The notes below the pieces were generated by a model. The model did no database searches, had not been told where the DNA came from, and saw nothing but the letters and a program-made list of their open reading frames with translations. A DNA stretch of 64,000 bases from the human T2T-CHM13v2.0 reference genome, Homo sapiens. Where the stretch lies: the NCBI RefSeq assembly GCF_009914755.1, contig NC_060926.1; one strand, given 5' to 3'. Both the position numbers and the translations under genes were made by a program. Below are positions 52,069 to 64,000 of the stretch, piece by piece. Position 1 is the stretch's first letter. Each line of letters opens with the position of its first letter.

Positions 52069-54070
52069 TAGTCACTGAAAGTTAGGGTGGCTGTGGCAAT
52101 TTCTTAAAATAAAACAACAATGAAGGCAAAATAAGGCAAACAATGAAGTTTGCCACATCAATTGACTTCATGAAAGATTTTCTGTAGTATGCAATGCTGT
52201 TTGATAGCATTTTACCCACACTAGAACTTCTTTCACAATTGGAGTTGATCCTCTAAATCCTACCTTTGCTTTGTCAACTAAGTTATGTAATATTCTAAAT
52301 ATTTCATTGTCACTTCAACAACGTTTAAAGCATCTTACCAGGAATAAATTTCATCTCAAGAAACCACTGTCTGTGCTCATTCATAAGAAGCAACTTCTTA
52401 TCTGTTAAACTTTTATCCATAAGATTGCAGCAATTCAGTCACATCTTCAGGTTCCCCTTCTAATTCTAGTTCTTTTGCTATTTCCATCACATCTGCAGTT
52501 ACTTCTTCCACTGAAGTCTTGAACCCCCCATCGTCATCCGTGAGAATTGGAATCAATTTCTTCCAAACTCCTGTTAATGTTGTAATTTTGACATCCTCCT
52601 ATAAATCATGAATGTTCTTAATGGCATCTTGAATGGTGAATCATTTCCAAAAGATTTTCAATTTACTTTGATCAGATCCATCAGAGGAATCACTATCAAT
52701 AGCAGCTGTAGCCTACAAAATGTATTTCTTCAATAACAGGACTTAAAAGTCAAAATAACTTCTTGCTCCATGGGCCACAGAATGGATGTTATGTTAGCAG
52801 GCATGAAAACAACATTAATCCCCTTGTACATCTCTGTCTGAGCCCTTGAATGACCAGACACATTGTCTATGAGCAGTAATATTTTTTAAATACTCTTTTT
52901 TTTTTGAGCAGTAGGTCTCAACAGTGGGCTCAAAATATTCAGTAAACCATGCTGTAAATGAATATGCTGTCATCCAGGCTTTGTTCTTTTATTAATAGAG
53001 CTATGCAGAATAGACTTAGCATAATTTTTAAGGGCCTTAGAGTTTTCCAAATGGTAAATGAGCATTGGCTTTGACTTAAAGTCATCAGCTGCATTTGTAC
53101 CTAATAAGAGAGTAAGTCTTCACTTTGAAGATTTGAAGCTGGTGTTGACTTCTCTCTAGCTATGAAAGTCCTAGAAGGCATCTTCTTCCAATAGAAGGCT
53201 GCTTCATGTACATTGAAAATCTATTGTTTAGTTTAGCCACCTTCACCAATTATCTAAGCTAGAGCTTTTTCTGGATAACATGGTGCAGGTTCTACATCAG
53301 CACTTGCTGCTTCACCTTGCACCTTTATATTATGGAGATGGCTTCTTTTCTTAAACCTTATAAACAACCTCTACTAGCTACCAACTTTTCTTCTGCAGCT
53401 TCCTCACCTCTCTCAGCCTTCACAGAATTGAAGAGAGTTAGGATCTTGTTCTGAATTAGGCTTTGGCTTAAGGGAATGTGGCCGGTTTGGGCTTCTATCC
53501 AGACCAATACAACTTTTCCGTATCAGCAACAAAGCTGTTTCACTTTCTTATCTTTCATGTGTTCACTGGAGTAGCACTTTTAATTTCCTTCAGGAACTTT
53601 TCCTTTCCATCCACAGCTTGGTTGTTTGGTACAAGAAGCCTAGCTTTTGGCCTATCTCAGCTTTCCACATGCCTTCCTCACTAAACTTAATGAGTTCTAG
53701 CTTTTCATTTAATTTGAGAGATGTGTAGCTCTCCTTTTCATTTAACACTTAGAGACCATTGTAGGGTAATTAATTGGCCTAATTTCAAAATTGTTGTGTC
53801 TTTGGGAATAGGGAGGCCCAAGGAGAGGGAGAGAAATGAGGAAAACAGTCGGTGGAGCAGTCAGAACACACACAACATTTATTGTTTGCTGTCTTACATT
53901 AGCATGGTTCATGGTTCCCCAGAACAATTACAATAGTAGTATCAGAAATCACTGGTCACATATCATCATAATAGGTGTAGTATAATAAAAAAGTTTGAAA
54001 TATTGTACAAATTTCCAAAATATGGCACAAAGATAAAAAGTGAACACATGCTGTTTAAAAAACGGTGCTG

Positions 54071-54417
<347 letters not shown>

Positions 54418-54689
54418 TTATAGATATAAATATAGATATACTCACCTACAATGATTGCACATGTGGAGACTGGTGAAAAGAGAAGTCGAAGGTTTCTCTA
54501 GGGTTTTGTTTTTTAAAAAAATGGTTTTAATTTGATTTTATTTACCCAGAAGTAAAATATTTTCCCAAGTGTTTCTGACCATTTTAGGAGTTACTTTTCT
54601 ACTTAATGTTATTTATCCATTTTCCACTAAGGGTTTCTTGTTTTCATTATTGCTTTATGTTAAGTTGTATGTGTGTATACAAATACATA

Positions 54690-55440
54690 TATTTATTTAT
54701 TGAAAGCATCTCTTTTTATTGTGTTCAAAACACATAGGATAAAATTTACCATCTTAACCTTTTTTAAGTGTATAGCAAAGAAGTGTCAACTGTATGCACA
54801 TTGTTGTGCATACAGACCTCTAAAACTTTTTCATCTCACAAAACTGAAACTCCGTATTTACTGAACAACTCTTCTTTCTTCCCATCCTCCAGCCCCTCCC
54901 AACCACCATTACATATTCTAACAGTCTGACAACTTTACACCTCTCATAAAAGTGGAATTGTGTATTTGTCTTCTTGTGACTGTCTTATTTACAATAATGT
55001 CTTCAAGGTTCATCCATGTCATAACATGCAGCAGAATTTTCTTCTTTTCTAAAGCTGAATAATATTTTATTGTATGCATATGCCACATTTTCTTTATCCA
55101 TTCATCTGCTGATTAACAATTAGTTTGCTTCTTCCTCTCGGCTATTGTAAATAATGCTGCAATAAACATGGGTATGCAAAAATCTCCTTAAGATCATGTT
55201 TCCATATTTTTTGAATAAATACTCTGAAATTTCATGACTAGATCATATGGTAGTTCTATTTTTAATTTTTGGGAAACCTCCATATTCTTTTCCATGGCAG
55301 CTGCACCGTTTCACATTCACACCAACAGTGCACAAGGGTGCTAATTCTTCCACATGCTTGCTAACACTTGTTCCTTTCTGACTTTTTAAATAATAGCCAT
55401 TCTAATGTATGTAAGGTGATAGTTCATTGCGGTTTTGGAA
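54690..55440 (-). mobile_element. L1MA/MB-like 3' end
   Basis: aaaatttaccatcttaacc...caaggttcatccatgt...caccaacagtgcacaaggg. Confidence 0.8.
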
Positions 55441-57059
55441 GTTTATTTTCTGGGGAAAGTGAACAGGAGTACCTCAAGGACTCTGGGCTCATTAGAGAGC
55501 TTAAATGAGACACGGTGCTGAAAACAGAGTTAGGTAATAATAGGCATGTGCTTCCTTTACTAACAGACCTTGGCCCCCTTCCCTAGTACTGCTTCCAGAA
55601 TGACAGCAGCCAGGGGTATACCAACTCCCACCTACAGTCAGGAGATAAGAAAAAATTTTCTAGTAAAAAAAAAAGGCTCCACAGAAAAGACACAATTGCA
55701 ATTTCAAAGGTCCCCAATGAAAATGTTCACTTAACAACAATTTTGAGTATTAGCACAATAAGTTAAATGCTTTTCCAATTCTCAGTTAAAATTACTTTCA
55801 GGGAAGGATTCTATACCTGTCATCAATCTAGTGTGAAAAATTAAACCAATTTCAGGTATTTAAAAGATTGAAAAATATATTCCCATGTGTCCTGTCTTAA
55901 AAGCTAATAGAGGAGGTATTTAAGCAAAAGAAGGGAGTAAATGAAGAAAGGAAGACATGGTATCCAGGAAGCAAAGAGCTTTAACAGAAAGGAACAGTGA
56001 AAGAACATTTCAGAAGTTCAGATGGATAGCAGACCTAGAAAGACCTAGAGTCTGGATTAGTTCAGAAGAATAGATGCTTCAAGGTTCTTTGAGGGAGATC
56101 TCCATGTTAATAATAGGCATATAAGACATTGGGAGATGATAGAACATTTTTTACAACTTCATCTACAAAAACATCATTCAAAAAAGGCAATTTCTAACAA
56201 CATACATCTTACATCCCAATTCTTCAAACTTTTAAATTTTCTGTCAGCAAATTCTTCAACCCATTGCTCAGTCTTCTTGGTCATCTATCTATAATTAAAT
56301 CTGTGTTATCTATAATAAAGAGAGAGTAGCAGCACCTGATCAGTTCATGTGGCATAAGGGTTTTTCTATTAACAGATTTATCAGTTCCAAGTAAGAGACA
56401 AGATGGGTCCCTGTCTGCTTTTGGGGTTTGCAGTGTAATAGAAAGATGATTGTTCTAGGGAATCAGAAGCAGTGGGCTCTATGTCATCTCTTGCAATATC
56501 AAACTGTGTAATTTTGGGTAATTTGTTTATCTTCTGTTTTTACTTTTTTCTTTGCTAAATAGAGTCAAACCTGTCATAAAGGACTGCTATTAGTTGCAAA
56601 TTAGATTTCATACCATTTTTAAAACCATAAAGCCTTCTCTCTAAAGAAATCACACTATTGAAATTTTTCTGTTTACTCAGATACCTTCTTGCCACATAAA
56701 TCTTCCTAGCTGACTTCTGAAAGAAATTATGCAAATGTTAGCAGTAACAGTTCTTTAAAATTTGCTGGTATCTGAGGAGAATCATTGTCCAGAGACACTG
56801 TGTTATTTGTGATACTTGAAGTAAGGTGAAAACTGAAGATGAAATGGGCCAAGTCCCCTTTCTTTTCCATAGTGGTATTTTAGTATTATGGAATTGTGTG
56901 GTTTTATGGGATCCCTAGTAGCCAAGGAATTTGCTGGAATTTGATGGGTAGCTGAATCACACAGGAAATCAGTAAGGCTGAAAAAAAACCAATCATATAT
57001 AAAAAATTATATGCTTATATGCTAGGAAGAGCAAATATATGTATATACACAACAAGATA

Positions 57060-57295
57060 TTCTAGGGAGAGCAAATCCAACCTTCTTCTGTCTTTTCTAT
57101 TTTCTCTTCAGGCCTTCAATGGATTGGATGCTGCCCACTCACAATGGGGAGAGCCATTGGCTTTACTCAGTCCACTAATTCAAATGATAATCTCTTCTAG
57201 AAACCCCCTCGCAGACACAACCAGAAATAATATTTAATCAGATATCTGGCCAACCTGTGACCTAGTCAAGTTAACACATAAAATTAATCATCACA
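57060..57295 (-). mobile_element. MLT2-like LTR fragment
   Basis: ctagtcaagttaacacataaaattaatcatcaca terminus. Confidence 0.7.
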
Positions 57296-57624
57296 GGGGG
57301 CCTTCTTCTGTGCGTTTCCAAAACAAAAGGACAAGTGCAGAGATTGCTGCATTTGCTTGTGTCAGCTCAATTTTCTTTAAATAAATAAAAAGTTGAGAAA
57401 TCAGGAAAATTTAGCTGCAACTATGAGTGTGTTTGTGCTTACAGCAGAAGATTAAAAACCAATTTCACACCTGATAAATAGGTACAACTAATCTGTTTTC
57501 ACAACAAAGATTTCAAAAAGGTCTTCCTTTTCGAAGGTCAGGTTTATTTTGCAAAGGTAGAGATCTCTACATACATTCTTGCTTTCTTAGCAGTGGTTTA
57601 TATCGAAGAAACATACAGAGGCTA

Positions 57625-57830
57625 AAAACTTTAGAGCCAGGCACACCTGGGCTTACATTTTAGCTCTGCCTAATATAAGCTCTATGAACCCAGGCAAGTT
57701 ACTTAACCACTCTGAACCTCAGTTTCTTTATCTGTAAAATGTTATTATTACCTTCCTCAAAGGCATTTTAATATTAAAGGATATAAAATGTGTCTTTAGC
57801 ACTGCTCTGATCACATAAATGGTGGTAATA
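57625..57830 (+). mobile_element. MIR SINE
   Basis: Core ggcaagttacttaaccactctgaacctcagtttctttatctgtaaaatg. Confidence 0.85.
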
Positions 57831-58629
57831 ACAATGAAATACCTGCTACCTAAACATCTCACTTTTAGTATCTGCACTCCCCATGACACATAGCATATAT
57901 TTAATAAGTATTTATTGAATGAAAAGAATCTAATGATTGCCTCCTCCCCTTGCCCCTTTAGGGAGAGGATTAACACTAGCGTCTCGTTTTTATTAGCCTT
58001 AGGTTACTATCTTCTTCTTCTGACAGTTTTCCTTACACTCTGCTTACTTTTAGTAAATAAACCACCCCCAACTTTTAACACTTCTCAGTTTACCTAGTTT
58101 GAGCTTGCCCTCTGTTTTCTGTTCAGACTCTGTATGACATAGGAATAGTATAACTCAGAAAAAATGTAGTTTCAAAACTTCCAATAATTCTCTGATTTAC
58201 ACTGTTATTAACTGAAACTGACCTTTGGGCAAATCATCAGTTCTGGGAAATCCACCTGAAAGGTCCTATCCTCGATATGCAACGGTAAATGAAGATATTA
58301 TTCTAAGAAGTCTCCTCACAATATTTAAATTAGGCCAAAATCTGGGGAGAATTAAATGTTCCACAATAGGAAATTGGTTATATACAATTATGAAACATCC
58401 ATTAATGAAACACCTGAAGCCAGAGAATTATGTCTAGGCTTCAGATTAAATTATGACAATCCAGAGAGAAAGGACTGGCATACTTTCAATTTCATCTAGA
58501 GAGATGGATGTGTAGCAAATTTCCAGGAAGTCCAAGGTACTGAGTGACTCTGAGTTCTGAGATCCCAGAATTGTGAGATATAGAAAAGCCTACTACTAGA
58601 TGAGAAAATCTCTCTGTTTCTTTATTCAC

Positions 58630-59038
58630 TGCTGTGGATTCAATGTATGTGTCCCTCCAAAATTCATATATTGGAAGTCAAACCCTCATGTAATAGTATT
58701 AAGAAGAGGCGCTTTTGGGAGGGCATTATACTCTAAGGGTCCACCCTCATGTACAGGATTAGTGTCCTTCTAAAAGGGCTTGAGGAAATGATTATGTCCC
58801 TTTTGCCCTTCTGCTCCTTCTGCCATGTGAGGACATGGCATTTGTCCCTCCCATTATGGGAGGATGCACCAAGAGGTGCCATCTTGGAAGCAGAGAGCAC
58901 CCCTCACCAGATGCCAAATCTGCCAGCACCTTGATCTTGGACTTCACAGTCTCCAGAACTGTGAGAAATAAATTTCTATAGTCTATAAATTACTTAGTCT
59001 AAAATATTTTGCTATAGCAGCAGGAATAGCTGGAGACA
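58630..59038 (+). mobile_element. MST-family MaLR solo LTR
   Basis: gtgtccctccaaaattcata...ttgatcttggacttc...ccagaactgtgagaaataaatttct. TSD TTCAC/GTCAC. Confidence 0.85.
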
Positions 59039-59199
59039 GTCACTATATATGTGAGAGGAGTACTTTGAATAAGTAGTCCCAAATTTGGATGATTTGGGTA
59101 GCCTGGGAATTTTCAGTCTGTGTAAGTTATATATATATTTTCATTCAGCCCATTTACATAACAACGTCTAGGGATCAGAGATTTAAAAATGAAAACACA

Positions 59200-59420
59200 T
59201 GATGTCAAACTCCATGAGAGCAGGGACTTTATTCATTGCTAAGTCTTCAGAAATATTTTTAAAATGTATCCTCTTTGTATGTTTAGTGTCTGTCTTTTTG
59301 GCTAGAAGGCCAGCTCCATTCGGGCAGTGATCTAAGTCTATTTGGTTTACTACTATATTCACTGTGCCTTGAACAGTGTCAGGCACATAGCAGATGCTTA
59401 ATAAATACTTAATGAATATG
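59200..59420 (+). mobile_element. L2 3'-end fragments
   Basis: ctccatgagagcagggac and aacagtgtcaggcacatagcagatgcttaataaatacttaatgaat. Confidence 0.75.
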
Positions 59421-59453
59421 TGACACTTTGTTATACATTCTTATTTGGAATAA

Positions 59454-59763
<310 letters not shown>

Positions 59764-59769
59764 CCATTA

Positions 59770-61590
59770 ACTTTTTAAACAGCCTTATTGATATGTAACT
59801 CACATGCCATAACATTTACTCATTTAGGTAACCATCACTACAATCAATTTTAGAATATTTTCATTGCCCCAAAAAGAAACCTTTTACTCTTTAGAAGTCA
59901 CTCTCATTTCCCCTTTTCTCCAGCCCCTAGACACCACTAATTTGCCTTTTTTCTATTAATTTGCCTAGTCTCATAATTTCTTAGAAATATAATCATATAA
60001 TATGTTGCATTTCATGACTGGCTTTTTTAACATACCATAATGTTTTCAAGGTTCATCCATGTTGTAGCTTGTAAATACTTCATTCTTTTTATAGCTGAGT
60101 AATAGCCCATTGTATAGGTATACCACATTTTGTTTATGCATTTATTAGCTGATGGACATCTGTGTTGTTTCTATTTTTTTGACTATTATGAATAATGCTG
60201 CTATGAACATTTGTGTACAGGCTTTTGTGTGGGGATATGTTTTCATTTCTCTTGGGTATATATCTAGGAGTGCAAGTCCCAGGTCATGTGGCAACTCTGT
60301 GTTTAACTTTTTGAGAAACTACCAAACTTTTTTCCAAAGCAGCTGCACCATTTTACATTTCTGCCAATGATGTATGGGTGTTCCAGTTTCTCCACATCTT
60401 CACAAATATTTGTTATTTTCTGTCTTTTTTATTATTGTCATCACAGTGGGTGTGAAGTGGCACCTCACTGTGATTTTGATTTTCCTAATGACTAGTAATT
60501 TTGAACATATTATGTTTTTATTGGCTTTTTGTATATCTTTGAAGAAAAGTTTATATAAACCATTCTCCTTACCCTTTTTTGGTTTTACTTGTCTTTTGAT
60601 TGGGTTGTAAGAGTTCATTATATATTTTGAATAGATTTTTATATATTCTGGATAGACTCTTGTTAGATACATGATTTGCAAATATTTTCTCCCACTCTGT
60701 ATGTTATATTTTCTCTTTCTCGAGAGCATCCTAAAAAGTGCTTAAGAGAGTACAACAGTTTTTAATTTCAATAGAGTCCAATTTTTTATTTGGCTTCTTG
60801 TGCTTTAGGTATGATAGCTGAGAAACAATTGACTGATCAAACTTCATAAAGGTTTACACCTAAGTTTTATTCTGAGAGTTTTCTAGATCTAGTTATTGCA
60901 TTTAGGTCTTTGATCCATTTTGAATTAACATTTGTATATGGTGTGAGGTAGGGGTCCAAATTTATTCTTTTGTATGTAGATATCCAGTTGTTCCAGCACA
61001 TTTATTTTAAATAATATACTTTCCCCATCACAATTTTTTGCACACTTGTTGAAGATCAATTGCCCATATACATATATATGGCTTTATTTCTGGACTTTCA
61101 ATTCTATTCCATTAATCTATTTGTACTTATGCCAGTACCACATTGTCTTGATTTCTGTTGTCTTATAGTAAGTATTGAAATTGGGAACTGTGAGTCCTCC
61201 TCATTTGTTCTTCTTTATCAAGATTGTTTTGGCTGTTCAGGATCCCTTGAATTCCCATATACATTTGATAATAACCTTGTCAATTTCTCCAAAAAAAGGA
61301 ATGTAGAATTTTGATAGGGATTGCATTAAATCTATAGATCAGTTTGGAAAGTATTGCTCTCTTAACAAAATTAAGTATTCCGGAGCATCATGAACATAGA
61401 ATGTCTTTTTAATCTCAGGTCTTCTTTAATGTTTTTCAATAATGTTTTATAGTTTTCAGAGTATTAAACTTATTCCTAAGTATTATTGTAAATGGAATTG
61501 CTTTCTTACTTTAATTTTTGGATTATCATTGCTAGTATATTGAACTATACTTGATTTTTGTATTTATATCTTGTATCTTGCAAGTTTGCA
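59770..61590 (-). mobile_element. L1MB-like 3'UTR and ORF2 3' part
   Basis: aaccatcactacaatcaattttagaatattttcatt. Minus-strand peptide KDIQKANKNIICSKLLVIRKIKITVRCHFTP. Confidence 0.85.
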
Positions 61591-61639
61591 TATGAAAGGC
61601 TAGGGTGGGAGGGCCAGTTTGCTCTTGTGGATTTGCATT

Positions 61640-64000
61640 ATCATCTGGTTTAATTGATTCCTCTCACCTCCTTTGTGCTTATTGTTAAATAGATTACATT
61701 TATATGCATTACTAGAACAACAATATAATTATATATGTATTGTTTGATACAAGTGCTTTTAAAATCAGTTAGGAGAAGAAATATGTGATTATATTATCTT
61801 TTATAATTACCTACAAAACTTCCATTACTGGGATTCTGTGTTTCTTCTTGTATATAATTACCATCTGGCTTCACTTGCTTTCAGTCTGAAGAACTTTTAA
61901 CACCCTTTACAAGGTGGGTCTGACAGCAACAAATTATCTCCATTTTCATTTATCTGTGCTTGCTCTTATTTCACCTTCATTTCTCAAAGATATGTTTGCT
62001 AGATATAGGATTCTCTGTTGACAGAGTTTTTTTTTTTTTTTTCCTTTCAGCACTCCAAATATGTCATACAACTGGCCTCCATTGTTTCTGATGAGAAGTC
62101 AGTTTCTTTTATATAAGACAAGACATTTTTCTGTTGGTGTTTTTAAGATTTTCTCTTTGTTTTTGGCTTTTTCACTCTGATATGTCTGAGTGTGGATCTC
62201 TTTGTATTTATTCCATTTGGGTGTTTTGTATGTGTAGATTAATTTTTTTAAAATCCTGATTTCATCAGTTTGAGAAGTTTTCAGCCATTATTTCTTTGAA
62301 TATTCTTTTGAAGAAAGAATCTTTCTTTCTTTTTTCTCTCCTCTCCTCTGGAACTACCATTATGCATGTGTTCAGGTGCTTAATGATGTCCCACATTTCT
62401 CTGAGACTCCATTCAATTTTCTTTCATTCTTTTTGTTCTTCTAATTGAATAATCTCCCCTAATGTATCTTAAAATTTGCTCATTCTTTCTTCTGCCAACT
62501 CAAATCCTCTGTTGAGCCCTCTCATGAATTTTTTGCTTTGGTTATTGTATGTTTAATTCCAAAATTTCTATTTTTTAAATAATTTATATCTACTTGTTGA
62601 TATTCTCTATTTGATGAGACATCTTCATCTTCCTTCTTTTACTTCTTTAAGTATGATTTCCTTTAGTCCATTTAATATATTTATAATATCTGCTTGGAAG
62701 TCTGTCTTATAATTCCAACATCTGGGCCCTCTCAAAGGCAGTTTCTTCTGCCTATTTTCTCCTGTGTATGTGTCAGGCTTCCTTGTTTCTTTGCATTTTT
62801 CATAACTTTTTGTTAAAAAATGGAAATTTAGATAATATATTGTAGCAATTCTGAATACTGATTTACTCCTGCCTCTCCCTCTTCCACACACGCAGTGGCT
62901 TGGTGGTGTTGTTTGCTGGCTTCTTTGTTCAGTGATTTAGCTGAGCTATTTCAGCCTATTTCTTTTCTTTGTATGTAGCCTTTGATGCCATTTCTCAGAA
63001 AGTGCAGGGTTGGATAAGCACACAGTCTCCCTGGAGTAACAATGGTTTTAACATGGTTCTCTTTGACAGTTTCTTTTCCTGATTTTTTGGTTAAGCTGCC
63101 TGTCTATTGCTATCACACCTGCTGATAGCCTCCACTAACTGCTGGCTGACTGCTCTATTGTTTTCAGTAATGCTATGGAGTACAAATGTCACAACATTCC
63201 CATCTAAATTTAGGCCTCTTTGGAACAGTAGTTATTGAAGACAAATCTTTGAGGCTTGTTTTAACTCTAGCTATTGCTTTCCTTGGTTCTCTCTATTAAA
63301 TGTATAGCTGCCCTACAATTGAGTGTGTTGCTCTCATTGCTTTTAACAGCAACAGTGGGCTTGAAATTCCACACTCTGTTCCAAATAAATTAAGTTCCCT
63401 TGAGGGGAGCTTGAAGCTTGGGACCTGGCCTTACCCCTGGACAAAACATCTGCACCATTATTCCAGAGCTGGGGGTGGGTACAGTGACTAATTTCTTTTG
63501 GAGTAACACCCCTGCTTTATGAGTGGGCCACTAGGTGGGTGCATTAGTCTCTGTTCTTCTTGGTTTGCCTCTCCTAGCATAAAACTTTCACCCTATGAGC
63601 AGGTTGCAGTGTGAGCAATTGGATTCAGTATGCTCATCCTGCTGCATGGTGGAGCTTCTACCATATGAATGGGTTCTATACTAAAGAAGGGAGCCCCATA
63701 TCTCTCAGCTACCCTGGCCTGGAATTCAGCTTCTGCAACAGGGAATCTGGGAGTGGGTTTGAGGGTGGGGGTGGGGATGAGAAATGCCGATAGCCTGGTC
63801 CTCTTGGAATGATGCTATAGCCCTAAACTAGGAGTTGTGGAAAAGACAGCCCTGTGATTTTTTTTTCATTCACCCATAGTAGAGCTTCTATTATGCTGAG
63901 CTGGAGGACAGAGAAGGGAGCAGGTCATAGCTCAAATGCCACAGACTGTCACTCTTCTTACCGAGATATTCATTTTTTAAAAATGTTTCTCCATTTGTCA
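61640..64000 (-). mobile_element. Old L1M inter-ORF/ORF1/5' region remnant
   Basis: ctggcctccattgtttctgatgagaagtcag and tttgagaagttttcagccattatttctttgaatatt. The distal boundary is uncertain. Confidence 0.6.

Overview
Human/great-ape-type genomic DNA, recognised from the protein sequence as the TACR1 (NK1/substance P receptor) locus. The left ~4 kb holds the first coding exon of TACR1 on the minus strand (ATG at 2108, phase-2 donor inside the DRY motif at 1720/1719), a 5'UTR with three uORFs, a TATA+CRE promoter and two CpG-rich blocks. The remaining ~59 kb is upstream intergenic sequence dominated by transposable elements: nested L1s, a 5.8 kb two-LTR HERV-H/LTR7 provirus in the same sense as TACR1, THE1/MLT/MST LTRs, a near full-length Tigger1, MITEs, L2/MIR and Alus including an intact AluYa5. 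Almost all other ORFs in the supplied track are repeat-derived or chance. I see no new protein-coding system. The most interesting observations are: (1) a strong cryptic splice acceptor in the TACR1 5'UTR that could join upstream promoters (distal CpG island, HERV-H LTRs) to the intact CDS while skipping two uORFs; (2) a hybrid tRNA-Phe/His primer binding site in the HERV-H; (3) TATA loss in its 5' LTR but not its 3' LTR; (4) a 202-bp ungapped copy of promoter sequence pasted into an L2; (5) several repair-type L1 rearrangements. Repeat subfamily names come from recalled consensus sequences, and boundaries of old repeats are approximate.
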